From: Octopus sinensis
Lineage: Eukaryota
Length of the DNA stretch: 37,943 nt
Direction: 5' to 3'
NCBI RefSeq assembly: GCF_006345805.1
Contig: NW_021832332.1
Span: 1-37,943 of the forward strand
Of the stretch, positions 1-10,605 are shown piece after piece (position 1 is the first letter of the stretch; every line of letters begins with the position of its first letter). The notes beneath the pieces were generated by a model. It worked only from the letters and a program-made list of their open reading frames with translations, did no database searches and was not told where the DNA came from. A program made the translations under genes and the position numbers.

Positions 1-1000
1 TGTGTGTGGTGTGTGGTGTGTGTGTGTATCTGTGTGTGTGCTAATATATGAATGCACAAAACTCTACAGCGAAGACATTCAAGAAATTGATAGCGTTGAT
101 GTTGAATGTATATTAAGCTCAAAGTTACAAATATGGTACTCCGAGGTTCACGTCCTCGATTGACAACGAACATTTGAGCAAGGAATGTGATTGATGAAGG
201 GTAAGAAACACATCTAGAAAAACGGATACAAATAGTAATCATTTGATTGGCTACATGTAGAGATAATTGAATAGATGCATACATCTCATCGTCGTGTATA
301 AATAAAAAAAAAACAGAAAAAATCTCTGTGTATATAATAAATAAATAAGTAAAATAGCCATGCAATTCATTTCTTATTAAACTGAAGTGATCTGAGGCTA
401 TTCGCAGAATTCATTCTGCTTAAATACAAATAGCAAAGAAAGAAGGAAAGAAAGACTATCAGAAAAACAAGACACAAGCAAAACATTTTAAAAAAAGGTA
501 AGAGAATCAAATATAGAATAAACATGGTGTATGTGTGTGTGGTGTGTGGTGTGTGTTTGTGTGGTGTTGTACAGAAAATGTTGATTCTAGAATGAGTCCC
601 AAATTGAATTTTCCTTCATATAACCAAGCAAACTGATGAAAACGAGCCTGCAGAATAGCACATATGAAATAAGTGAGCGCAAAACAGAAAATAAATACAA
701 ATGGAAATTGATAGAAAGAAAATGTGCATGGACTCTAGAGAATCATTCAGCCTTGTGAACAGTTGCTCGACAATCTTGCCGTTCTTTGTATGGAGTACTG
801 ATTTCAAAAATCAAGTACGGGAGAGTACTCATGATATTGTTTCGTAAATGTAAGTTTTCTTGCCCTGTTGTAATTTAACAATGTCTTCTGTTTATATATA
901 TATATATATATCATGTGCAACTCGTAAACACCAGTCGTCTTTTTTCTCTTTCCCTGTTGCCCGCTCTGGGATCTTTCTTTCCTCTCTCTTCCTTCTTTAT

Positions 1001-1035
1001 GTTTCCGACGAAGAGCTCCGCTCGAAACGTCATAC
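1001..1035 (+). ncRNA. Minimal type I hammerhead ribozyme-like motif (family H2, C4 core variant)
   Basis: gttt CCGACGA a gagc-tcc-gctc GAAA C GTC atac. Perfect 4-bp stem II, palindromic 2-bp stem III, GUC triplet at 1029-1031, stem I 3 of 4 pairs. The core has C instead of U at position 4. Confidence 0.6.
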
Positions 1036-1145
1036 CTCCCTGCTTCCATCTCCTGAGCGCCTATTAATAATAATACTGTAATTGTTCCTGTTGTTGTTGT
1101 TTTTTTGTTTCCCTTTTGGATTAAAATTATATATATATATATATA

Positions 1146-1265
1146 CTTTTATTCTTTTATTTGCTTCAGTCATTTCACTGAGGCCATGCTAGAGCACCGC
1201 CTGTAGTCGAACAAATCGATACCAGGACTTATTGTCAAGCGATGGTGGGACAAACACAGACACAC
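1146..1265 (-). mobile_element. SINE family B 3' fragment (internally deleted)
   Basis: Matches the reverse complement of the ...ggcggtgctccagcatggccgcagtcaaatgactgaaac tail seen in the full copies at 21391 and 27195. Confidence 0.8.
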
Positions 1266-1369
1266 AAACATACGCACACACATGTATATATATATATATA
1301 TATATCTATATATATAGTGTGTGTCTGTACATATAAATATACACACACGAATATATACATATATATATA

Positions 1370-1612
1370 TACTGGAGTAAACACATAAGTGTGAAACAAG
1401 TGGAAACGAGTACTCAAATACCAGTGGGTAGAGTAATGTGCTTTATTAAAGCAGCAGAAAATTCAACAAAAACCTGTTACTCTGAGTTTCCCGTGCCGTT
1501 CATCGGACAGTTTTTGACCTGTTACTCTGAGTCCCGTTGCCGTTCATCGAACGGCAACGGGAAACTCAGAGTAACAGGTTTTGTTGAATTTTCTGCTGCT
1601 TTAAATAAGTAT
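1370..1612. mobile_element. Foldback repeat of family H3 (putative Penelope-like terminal repeat) containing a hammerhead-like motif
   Basis: Arms 1441-1500 and 1551-1612 are inverted copies (aaagcagcagaaaattcaacaaaacctgttactctgagtttcccg). The same family recurs at 8251-8452. Confidence 0.7.
1468..1515 (-). ncRNA. Hammerhead-like motif (family H3, CCGAUGA core)
   Basis: Minus strand reads aaaaactgt CCGATGA a cggcacgg GAAA ctcagagT A acaggtttt. Stem I is ctgt/acag and stem III is ACUC-A-GAGU. Stem II is weak in this copy. Confidence 0.45.
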
Positions 1613-1638
1613 ATATTATATATACACATAGTCATACA

Positions 1639-1742
<104 letters not shown>

Positions 1743-1815
1743 ATATATATAATACATATATACACATATATATTTGTATATGTATATATATATAAATATA
1801 TTTTGTTGTTTTGTT

Positions 1816-2109
1816 CCTTCACGAGCCACGCCTGGCTCATAGGGCCGGTTTCCCGGTTTCCTTGGCGTATAGGTTCCCCACCTGGACGGGACGCCGGTCC
1901 GTTGCAGGTGAGCTGCAAGATGCAGGAGGAAAGAGTGAGAGAAAGTTGTGGAGAAAGAGTCAGCAGAAGTTCGCCATTACCTTCTGCCGGAGATTCGTGA
2001 AGCTTAGGTGTTTGGCTTATAAACACACACATCGCCCGCTCTAAGATTCGAACCCGCAATTCCTCGAGCGCGAGTTCGCTGGTCTAACCACTAGGACATG
2101 TGCCTCCAC
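1816..2109 (-). mobile_element. SINE: family C-type tRNA head and body with tail Y
   Basis: Head and body resemble 12498-12680. The tail (ccggtttcccggtttc...ctggacgggacgcc) matches that of the family D copy at 18688-18780. Confidence 0.8.
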
Positions 2110-2188
2110 ATATAAATATATATATGCATATACATGCATATACATATATATATATACACACATGTATATATATTATATATATATATAT

Positions 2189-2221
<33 letters not shown>

Positions 2222-2244
2222 GTATATATGTATATATATATGAT

Positions 2245-2278
<34 letters not shown>

Positions 2279-2315
2279 AATAATATATATATGTATATAT
2301 ATATATGTATGTATG

Positions 2316-2351
<36 letters not shown>

Positions 2352-3051
2352 TGTATACATATACATAAATATGTATATATATATAAATGTATATTCACAT
2401 GCATACACACACACAAACACACACACACACACACACATAATATATATATATATATATATATACACAAAAATACACATTTACACAAAATATTCTCTCCTTT
2501 TTTTTGAGTTTTGTATATTTTTATACTTATGGCATTTATTACACCTATTTAATAAATTCCCGTCTTTCATTTTTTTTTTTTTTTTGCAGTGACTTTATAT
2601 ATTTTCCAGTTAACATTATTTTCTCGCCAACTCTGACCCCATTTGAACCCGTAGCGGCGTATTTAATTGATGACAATGTTTTGCTGTTTAGCGCATATTT
2701 TAGCTGTTAATAAGATTTTCGTTGTGGTCGATTGTAGTATCGCTACTGCTACTACTACTACTAGTACTACTACTACTACAACTACTACTACTACTGCTAC
2801 TACTACTACTACTACTACTACTACTAATGCAGCGTTACTTCCTTCTTTTTGTTTATACCTCTTCAGATCATATATTATGTCGGAAGAACATGCACTAAAA
2901 TATATCTGTGTGTGCATATATATATATATCTATATTTTTACATATATATACGCATACATGCATCCACATACACCACATCTACGCGTATATTATATATGTA
3001 CATATACATGTTATTTACATATATATTATTCACACACACAGATAAAAATAT

Positions 3052-3620
3052 ATCATGACCGAAAAATGATGAGTTTACTCTCACCAGAATCGAACCCACA
3101 AATCAACGATAACATGGCTCCTTGCACTTCCAATTGGTCCAAACGATCACTCAACAATTAAAGCCACATTTAATGAATATATACTTATAAATTGCCTCTT
3201 CAAATCGGAGAATAAATATTATTATTATAAATTATTAGAATTCTTATCATAATATGAGTCTTCCATAAAAGCTTTCCATCCGTAACTTAGAAAGACTTTC
3301 TGGTTTGTTTACAAATATAATATAGTATTAGACATTTTAAGTATATATTATAGAAATTTGGCTGAAATTGATGAATGAGCATTTGGCCCGATCGGATGTG
3401 CAAGGAGCCATGTTAGCGTTGATTTATTGGGTCGATTCTGACTGAGGTCAGCTCATCAGTTTTCTGTCATTTGTTTGTATTTAAAAATTGTCGCTTCAAA
3501 TCGGAGAATAAAATATTATTACGATATATTATACAATTATTATTATACCTGAGTCTTCCATTGTAGCTTTCTCTCCGTAAATTACAAAGCCTTTTGTGTT
3601 TATTCATAAATATTATATGT
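3052..3620. repeat. Composite inverted plus direct repeat element (A> B> <A B>)
   Basis: 3052-3165 is a diverged inverted copy of 3355-3470, sharing aacatggctccttgcac. 3180-3335 is directly repeated at 3485-3620 (tcaaatcggagaataaa...tgagtcttccat). Confidence 0.75.
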
Positions 3621-3724
3621 AATATATATATGTATATATATATGTGTGTATGTGTGTGTGTGTACGTTATAGATTTTGCATATATATATACATATATCCT
3701 TTCTAGTATATGCAGAATGATAGA

Positions 3725-3908
3725 AATTTGGGTGCAGAAAGTAATCGATTTCATTGATCCTATCGTACGACTGGTACATATTTCATCGACCCCGAGAGGA
3801 TGAAAGGGAAGGTCGACTTCGGCAGAATTCGAACTTAGAACGTTAAGACGGACAAAATGCCGCTAAGCATTTTATCCGTTGACGTAACGAATCCACCAGC
3901 TCGGCACT
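3725..3908 (-). mobile_element. SINE family A, diverged copy
   Basis: tcgaccccgagaggatgaaagggaaggtcgacttcggcagaattcgaactt aligns to the reverse complement of the family A copies. Confidence 0.75.
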
Positions 3909-4018
3909 TATACATACATACATACATACATACATACATACATACATACATACATACATACATACATACACACACACATACATACATACATATATACATA
4001 CATACATACGTACATAAC

Positions 4019-4051
<33 letters not shown>

Positions 4052-4962
4052 CGTAGTCTGATTAATAAGTACACTGATTGTTGTCATAGTAACGAAGCTA
4101 AAGCATGCAAAGTAAAGCTGCTTGATACAGATTAACTTTAAACTCCGCTGTGCATGTGCACTCCGTTTTAACCTTCTAACTCGCTTCCGCTATTTATAGT
4201 AGTGCTTGGTAGGAACGTGTGTAGCGTGTAACCATGACAAAAAGAAAGCTGAGCAGAGAATCGGCGCCAGATTTTGCGAAAAGCTTAGCAATATCTTCTC
4301 AATGGATTACGCAAAGTTTTCAAAAAGTTTTCATCGTTCTCGACAAAATCAAGGATATCTTGTGCAACTGAAACTCGAGTGTCTTTCTGTTAGCTGAAAG
4401 CTGTTTCGGTGCAAACTTGGGAGACACGCGTCTCGTACACAAATCTTCAGTGATAATGGACTGAACTGAACCGTCACTCGTCTGCACATCCTCTGATAGC
4501 TCCCGGATGATAATTCAACGATTTCTCTTCACAGCTGCATGCGCATCTCCGATGTTGTTTTTCTCAGTTCTGCTGATTGCAGGTCTCCCAGAACCTCCGT
4601 CAATATCGACATTTTTTCCGGCCCTCTTAGAAACGTCTGAACATTATGTGCGGCTCATACGCTCGAACCATTCGTGCACCTGTGTGCAGCTCATGCACTC
4701 TTCTCCATACACTTTCTACAAATTTACGCGGGCTTCTGGACAGGTATCGTCATGAAAACTTTCTCTGTCATGGTCAACACGACGATCACAGGCTACACAC
4801 GTTCTCTCCAAGCACAACTGTAAACAGCAGAAGTGAAGAAGAATATTAAAACTTACTGCGCATGCACAGCAGAATCCAAGATCTATCTATGCCAAGCTTT
4901 ACACTGTGTGCTTCAACGTCGTTACTATGGCATCAGTCTGAATACTTATTGATCAGACTTCG
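4052..4962 (-). mobile_element. Non-autonomous mariner derivative with two left ends; transposase pseudogene
   Basis: TA-flanked TIRs cgtagtctgattaataagta and the reverse complement cgaagtctgatcaataagta. Minus strand encodes KVYGEECMSCTQVHEWF...SGRPAISRTEKN...IIRELSEDV...IITEDL.TRRVSPKFAPK with stops. Plus strand at 4250-4310 encodes EQRIGARFCEKL. Confidence 0.85.
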
Positions 4963-5088
4963 TACATATTTTTACACATATATATACTTGTATACACATA
5001 CATCAATAATCAATACTACTGTGTATGTATACGTTATATGCACATATATATACGTATATATATATATATATATTATATATATATAATA

Positions 5089-5120
<32 letters not shown>

Positions 5121-5854
5121 GGTATATATATATTATTTATATATATATATATATATATAATAATATATTATGTGTGGTTGTGTGTGTGTGCGTATATATA
5201 TATATAATATATATAAATATATATATGTTTATATGTATATGTGTGTGTGTGTATGGTGTGTGTGTATACATGTATTTAAATAAATGTATACACACGTACA
5301 TAAATTTATATATATGTTTTTTTATATATTTATGTATTTATGTATTTATATATCCATTCCGAATAATTCAATAAAAGCAAATAGGAAATTTCCCTCAAAG
5401 AAATTAGCTGAAGGTTAACGGAATAGTCTTTCCGATGGGGGACGCACAGACACTAGCATGCTTTGATATATACACATATATACACGCACGTGCCAACACA
5501 CACACACACACCACAAACACACACATACACACACAAACACACTCACACACGTACATAAAATAATGCAGAGGAGGACACTATAATAAAATGGAGCCTAAAC
5601 AAGGAGACAAACAACAGACAAAAAAAAAGAAGATAATAATAAAATAATGCATAAATAATACAAGACAATAATAGATGACCAACAAAGTATGTATAATTTT
5701 GTACAAAAACCTAGTTTTTATACCTATGCAGGTAACAGGTAATGGATAAACGAAATTAGGTATATATTCTTGCTCTGCGCCATTTATTAAGGATAAGGAA
5801 CGATGAACGGTCCTGCGTATGTATGTTATGCATGTATGTATATATGTATGTATG

Positions 5855-5905
<51 letters not shown>

Positions 5906-6062
5906 ATATATACATATATATATATGCATATATATATATATGTATGAATGTATATATATATATATGCATATGTATATATATACATATATATAATATAAAT
6001 ATATTTATGTAGGTATATATGTATATAAGCATATATGTATATATATATATATAAATAATATA

Positions 6063-6097
<35 letters not shown>

Positions 6098-6265
6098 TAT
6101 ATATGCATGTAATATATATGCATAATATATATGTATGCATGTATATATATATCTATATAAATATATATGTATGTATGTATGTATAATATACATATATTAT
6201 ATATAACTATGTATGTATATATATACATGTATACACACACACATATATATTCATTAATATTTGAT

Positions 6266-6300
<35 letters not shown>

Positions 6301-6560
6301 GTGCGTGAGTGTGTGTGTGTGTATGTATGTATTTATATTCTTGTATTATATTATTTCCTTTCAGCGGTTGTTGTTGTTGTTGGTGGTGGTGGTATTATGG
6401 TGGATGCTGTTGTTGTGTTGCTGATGTTTGCGTGTTTTGCTTTGTTTCGTTTAATCTTTGAACCGTATGTACTTGATTTGATTTGATCTGTTCTCTTTAA
6501 TATTAAATATAAAAAAAAAATTGGCAAAAACTATTCGAATGAACAAACATAGGTATGTGT

Positions 6561-6606
<46 letters not shown>

Positions 6607-6741
6607 ACCATATATTTCTGTGTGGATATCTGAATATTCATGTGTGTGTATATATCTATGTATAAATGTGCATTTGTGTGCATATTATATATTTAATATA
6701 TTTTGTGTGTGTATATCTGCGTATATTTATGCATGTGTATG

Positions 6742-6801
<60 letters not shown>

Positions 6802-6954
6802 CGTGCGTGTGTGTGTATGTGTGTGCGTGCGCGTGTATTTACGCACCTTTGTTACTTTCTAGGTTTGAAAATATTACTAGCTTCTTGAAACGAAGATCTA
6901 GAAGTAGCCATGATTCCATTTCGGAGCCAAAACGGATTTAATGCCAAACACACT

Positions 6955-6969
6955 GAATCTATCTATCTT

Positions 6970-7048
<79 letters not shown>

Positions 7049-7120
7049 CTCTCTCTCTCACTCTATCTATCTATCTATGTATGTATCTATCATGTATCTA
7101 TCTATGTATCTATCTATCTA
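6955..7120. repeat. (TATC)n microsatellite
   Basis: Direct reading of the sequence. Confidence 0.95.
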
Positions 7121-7124
7121 TTTA

Positions 7125-8115
7125 TTCCTTCAAATTTGGAAGATAAATGTGGATTCCATGAACGACTTCGCAAATGTTCAATATGGGCACTGCCTGAGAC
7201 ACGGCACACGTTAGGTCGGTAGTCCAGCTCCTCTCAAACACGCTGTAGCATGTGTTGGGTAACTCTTATATCGCACGCTCGGATGGCATACCTTCACCAA
7301 TAACGCACTTCTACTCAACTACCGAATTCTCACCCCCGACGTCTCGACTCAACAGAACTCGACGTCTGGACCACCGACGGCTCCGACTCGCTCTACGCGA
7401 CGCTTCTGTGTAGCTATCAAGTCCACTATTTATACGTATTGGACTCGCCTACTTATCGTGTGGGGGCGTCCACACAACAGTAACAGTCTCCAGTGCGGTA
7501 GTGATTCTCTGCTCGAGTTCCTTTAGGTTTGCAGGAAGAGGGATGAAAAAGACCAGGCCCTTCATATAGCCCCATGTTTGCACTTTCGATTGTCATTTAC
7601 CGTTATGGACTGAACGAGCTGCAGCTTGTGGGGTTTTATTAGCAAGCGTTTCTTCAGGACACGCCAAACTGTTGTTAGAGGAATCTGGACTTCCAGACTT
7701 GTTCTTTTTATGGACTTCTTGGAGCTTCGCAAGAGGTTTTGGCGAACCGGCGCGACTGTCTCTTCCGATCTTAGTGGTCGTTCAAATCCTTTTGTCCTGC
7801 ACAGACAGCCTTCCTCTTTTGAATTTTATGTGCCCTGTCCAAATCTGCATCGCCGTTGGTGACTTTTAGAGAACCCTCCCACAAATGCACATTGCACAGT
7901 CTTGCTCGACTGAGTTCGAGCATACTCCAAGACACAACACTTCTCTTCTCTTCCAGTGAATACCATTTCTCTACCTGAAAAGATAAACATATCAAACATT
8001 AAACATAAAATTTCGACCTGTTTCTACGCATGCTGTTAAAATTCTAAGTCATTTAAACAAGAACTAACAAAGTTATTAGACTGCGAAGTGATATCAAATG
8101 TTTTGAAACATCCTG
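7125..8115 (-). mobile_element. Tc1/Tc3-like (DUF4817-type) transposon remnant with the catalytic domain deleted
   Basis: ATG at 7966 begins MVFTG..CVLEYARTQSSKTVQ...RSSKKSIKRTSLEVQIPLTTVWRVLKKRL.IKPHKLQLVQ. This is joined at about 7575 to WGYMKGLVF.IPLPANLKELEQRITTAL and MLQRV*EELDYRPNVCRVSGSAHIEHL. Terminal CAGGATGTTTCAAAA with TA at 8116-8117. Confidence 0.85.
7264..7479 (-). mobile_element. Solo LTR nested in the Tc1-like element
   Basis: 216-bp insert flanked by a 5-bp direct repeat GTAAC (7259-7263 and 7480-7484). Minus strand starts TGTTG, contains TATAAATAG, and ends AAGA (AACA expected). Removing it restores the transposase peptide ALETVT..MLQRV. Confidence 0.75.
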
Positions 8116-8250
8116 TATATACCAATATAGAGGCAATTATACAGAGAAACAAATTAGATATACTGCTTGGGTTTGATATACACATATACGTATACATACA
8201 TGCATAATATGTATATTATATATAATATATATAATATATATATATATATA

Positions 8251-8452
8251 TACTTTATTTAAAGCAGCAGAAAAATTCAACAAAATCTGTTACTGAGTTT
8301 TTGCAAAAACTGTCCGATGAACGGCAACGGAAACTCAGAGTAAAAGATTTTGTTGATTTTCTGCTGCTTTAAATAAAGCATATTACTCTACCACTGGTAT
8401 TTGAGTACTCTTTTTTCCACCTTGTTTCACATTTATGTGTTTACTCCGGTAT
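8251..8452. mobile_element. Second foldback copy of family H3
   Basis: Inverted arms 8251-8300 and 8330-8378. 8375-8452 matches the reverse complement of 1370-1445. Confidence 0.7.
8306..8350 (+). ncRNA. Hammerhead-like motif (family H3, CCGAUGA core, GCAA-capped stem II)
   Basis: aaaactgt CCGATGA a cg-gcaa-cg GAAA ctcagagT A aaagattt. One stem I mismatch relative to the copy at 1468-1515. Confidence 0.45.
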
Positions 8453-8705
8453 ATAATATAGTATATATTATATATATATATATATATACATATGCGTGTT
8501 TGCTTTACAAGAAAGTAAAAACTGAAGGTTTTCAGACGACGAATATTTAAGTATAAATATAATGGTATGTCGATATTAATAGATCGAGTTGACACTGATT
8601 ACAAACGACATAGAAACACTTTAGCTTGACCCTCGAACGTTCTATGTTGTTTGTACTCTGTGTAAGTTCGATCTATTAACATCTAAACATATATACTGGT
8701 ACTTC

Positions 8706-8984
8706 ACCGGTTACGACGACGGGGGCTCCAGTTGATCCGATCAACGGAACAGCCTGCTCGTGAATTTAACGTGCATGTAGCTGAGCACTCCACAACGTAG
8801 GTTCTCAGGAAGAATCAGTGTGAAAGAGAGTGCCACAGGTACAACTCACTTTTGCCAGCTGAGTGAACTGGAGCAACATGAAATAAAGTGCTTTCTTCAA
8901 GGACACAACGCGTCGCCGGGAATTGAACTCACGACGTTGCGATCATGAGCGGAATACCCTAGCCACTAAGCAACGTGCCTTCAC
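8706..8984 (-). mobile_element. SINE: family D-type head and CORE-like body with tail X
   Basis: Body cttttgccagctgagtgaactggagcaac matches 18790-18830. Tail gttacgacgacg...gatccgatcaacggaacagcctgctcgtga matches the family C copies at 11806 and 12820. Confidence 0.8.
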
Positions 8985-9071
8985 TTTTATATACATATAC
9001 ATATATGTATATATATATATGTGTGAAAAACAAGTCAAGATAGAAAATGCTAAAATAATTTTATAAAGAAC

Positions 9072-9117
9072 ATTTCAGTACCGGTTTCAGTCATTTTGAG
9101 ACCTTTTCAACTGTAAC
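9072..9117 (-). ncRNA. Minimal type I hammerhead ribozyme with U3-A8 covariation (family H4)
   Basis: Minus strand reads gttacag TTGAAAA ggtc-tcaaaat-gact GAAA CCGG T A ctgaaat. Palindromic stem III ACCGGU, GUA triplet, stem I 6 of 7 pairs. Confidence 0.6.
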
Positions 9118-9351
9118 GACTAAGTAATTAAATTTAGAAAAATTAAAAGAAAAGTTTTTTTAAAGAATATTTGTATAGTGTTCAAATATAAGTGGCATTT
9201 TCCTTGTTTCTGCTTTTCTCTGTCTCTCTTGTTTACACTTCTGGGTTCGAGGTCGTTGTGTATATATATGTATATATATAAATATATGTAAGTATGTATA
9301 TATCTAAGAACTTACTGTGGACAAACCTACGTCGTGTTCAATTATAAATAA

Positions 9352-9545
9352 CTAAAAGATATACATTAAGTACAGGACACATCAACGAGTGAAAAATAAA
9401 TAGTATGAAATAAGGAGTAGTAAAACAGTGGACCACTGACGAGGAGTGGTCTTCTTTCGGTATTTCGTCCTGTACTTATCTCTCGTGTGTTTACGCATTT
9501 TCACTCGTTGGTGATGTCCTGAACTTAATGCGTATTTTATATATA
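9352..9545. repeat. Inverted-repeat element with about 45-bp arms
   Basis: tacattaagtacaggacacatcaacgagtgaaaa (9362-9395) is an inverted copy of ttttcactcgttggtgatgtcctgaacttaatgcgta (9498-9534). Confidence 0.7.
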
Positions 9546-9671
9546 TTCCTCTTTACTTCGATGTATTGGTACCTCGTAAACACTTCAGTGTTTAAGTTCG
9601 AATCATTTGAGCGGTACTAAGTATTTTCTATACCGAGGATCTCTGGATCACGTGATGGCTATGTATACCCT

Positions 9672-9891
9672 TTTCTTTACTACCCACACAGAGAGGACGA
9701 ACAAGTATAGACAAACGGATTAAGTCGATTACATCGACCCCAGTGCGTAACTGGTACTTAATTTATCGACCCCGACAGGATGAAAGGCAAAGTCGACCGC
9801 GGCGAAATTTGAACTCAGAACGTAGCGGCAGACGAAATACGGCTACCCATTTCGCCCGGCCTGCTAACGATTCTACCAGCTCGATGCCTTA
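9672..9891 (-). mobile_element. SINE family A, full length, tail 1
   Basis: Reverse complement of the 13626-13851 type, with B-box gagttcaaatt. Confidence 0.9.
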
Positions 9892-10300
9892 ATGGCTATA
9901 TATACCAATATACGCATATATATGAATACACACGCAAGTTTGCGTATATACCTGTCTCTTTATCTGTATTTACGTTAAACCCCGCTTAAATCTAGTTCTT
10001 TTCTTTATGCTCTGTAAGAGCTCTAGAATAAAATGTTATCGATAAAATACGAACCGGATTTAAAAATAAGCTGTCGGGGTTTCTTTATGCTACTGTTACA
10101 AGCAGTCCCGAAAGAAAAGACCGCACTGAAGGTCTCCTAAGGATTGAGGGTCGCATGCCGAGGCGATCTATGTCATCTCTATTTTTTTTTTAAGAAACTG
10201 AATAATTTTCTCTCTTAGTTATTTAGGTTGTTCTATATGGCCTTTGTATTTCAGTTACAATCCATTTTCCAGGTCTATATTTAAGAGATGAGGAATTATG

Positions 10301-10450
10301 TACATTTTTTACATTATTTACATTTGACGGATATTTGTCCTCATCTTATTTGTTGTTAACACAACATTTCGGCTGATACACCCTCCAGCCTTCATCAGGT
10401 GTCTTGGGGAAATTTCAAACCTGGGTTCTCATTCCTAAGGTTATTTTTCG
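10301..10450 (-). mobile_element. Inverted copy of the H1 hammerhead module (putative Penelope-like terminal repeat)
   Basis: The reverse complement aligns closely to 11393-11544 over about 150 bp. Confidence 0.85.
10358..10403 (-). ncRNA. Minimal type I hammerhead ribozyme (family H1, best-preserved copy)
   Basis: Minus strand reads gacac CTGATGA a ggctgg-agggtgta-tcagcc GAAA T GTT gtgtt. 5-bp stem I, 6-bp stem II, extra A after A9, GUU triplet. Confidence 0.75.
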
Positions 10451-10523
10451 CATATAGCGTAGTGGTTAAGAGGGCGGGCTATTAATCTCAAGATTCCGAG
10501 TTCGATTCCATGCAGTGACCTGA
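10451..10523 (+). promoter_or_regulatory. tRNA-like head with internal RNA Pol III promoter
   Basis: A-box TAGCGTAGTGG at 10455-10465 and B-box GTTCGATTCC at 10500-10509. No complete cloverleaf or acceptor stem; followed directly by (TAA)n. Confidence 0.8.
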
Positions 10524-10595
<72 letters not shown>

Positions 10596-10605
10596 TAATA
10601 ATAAT

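Noticed and set aside
70-206. Possible exon (acag| ... GAAGG|GTAAGA)
   Set aside because: Good donor but poor acceptor, and all three frames contain stops. A non-coding exon cannot be excluded without RNA data.
3430-3470. CTGATGAG plus the ctgac/gtcag hairpin on the minus strand as a hammerhead
   Set aside because: No GAAA directly after the hairpin, and no NUH or stem I partner.
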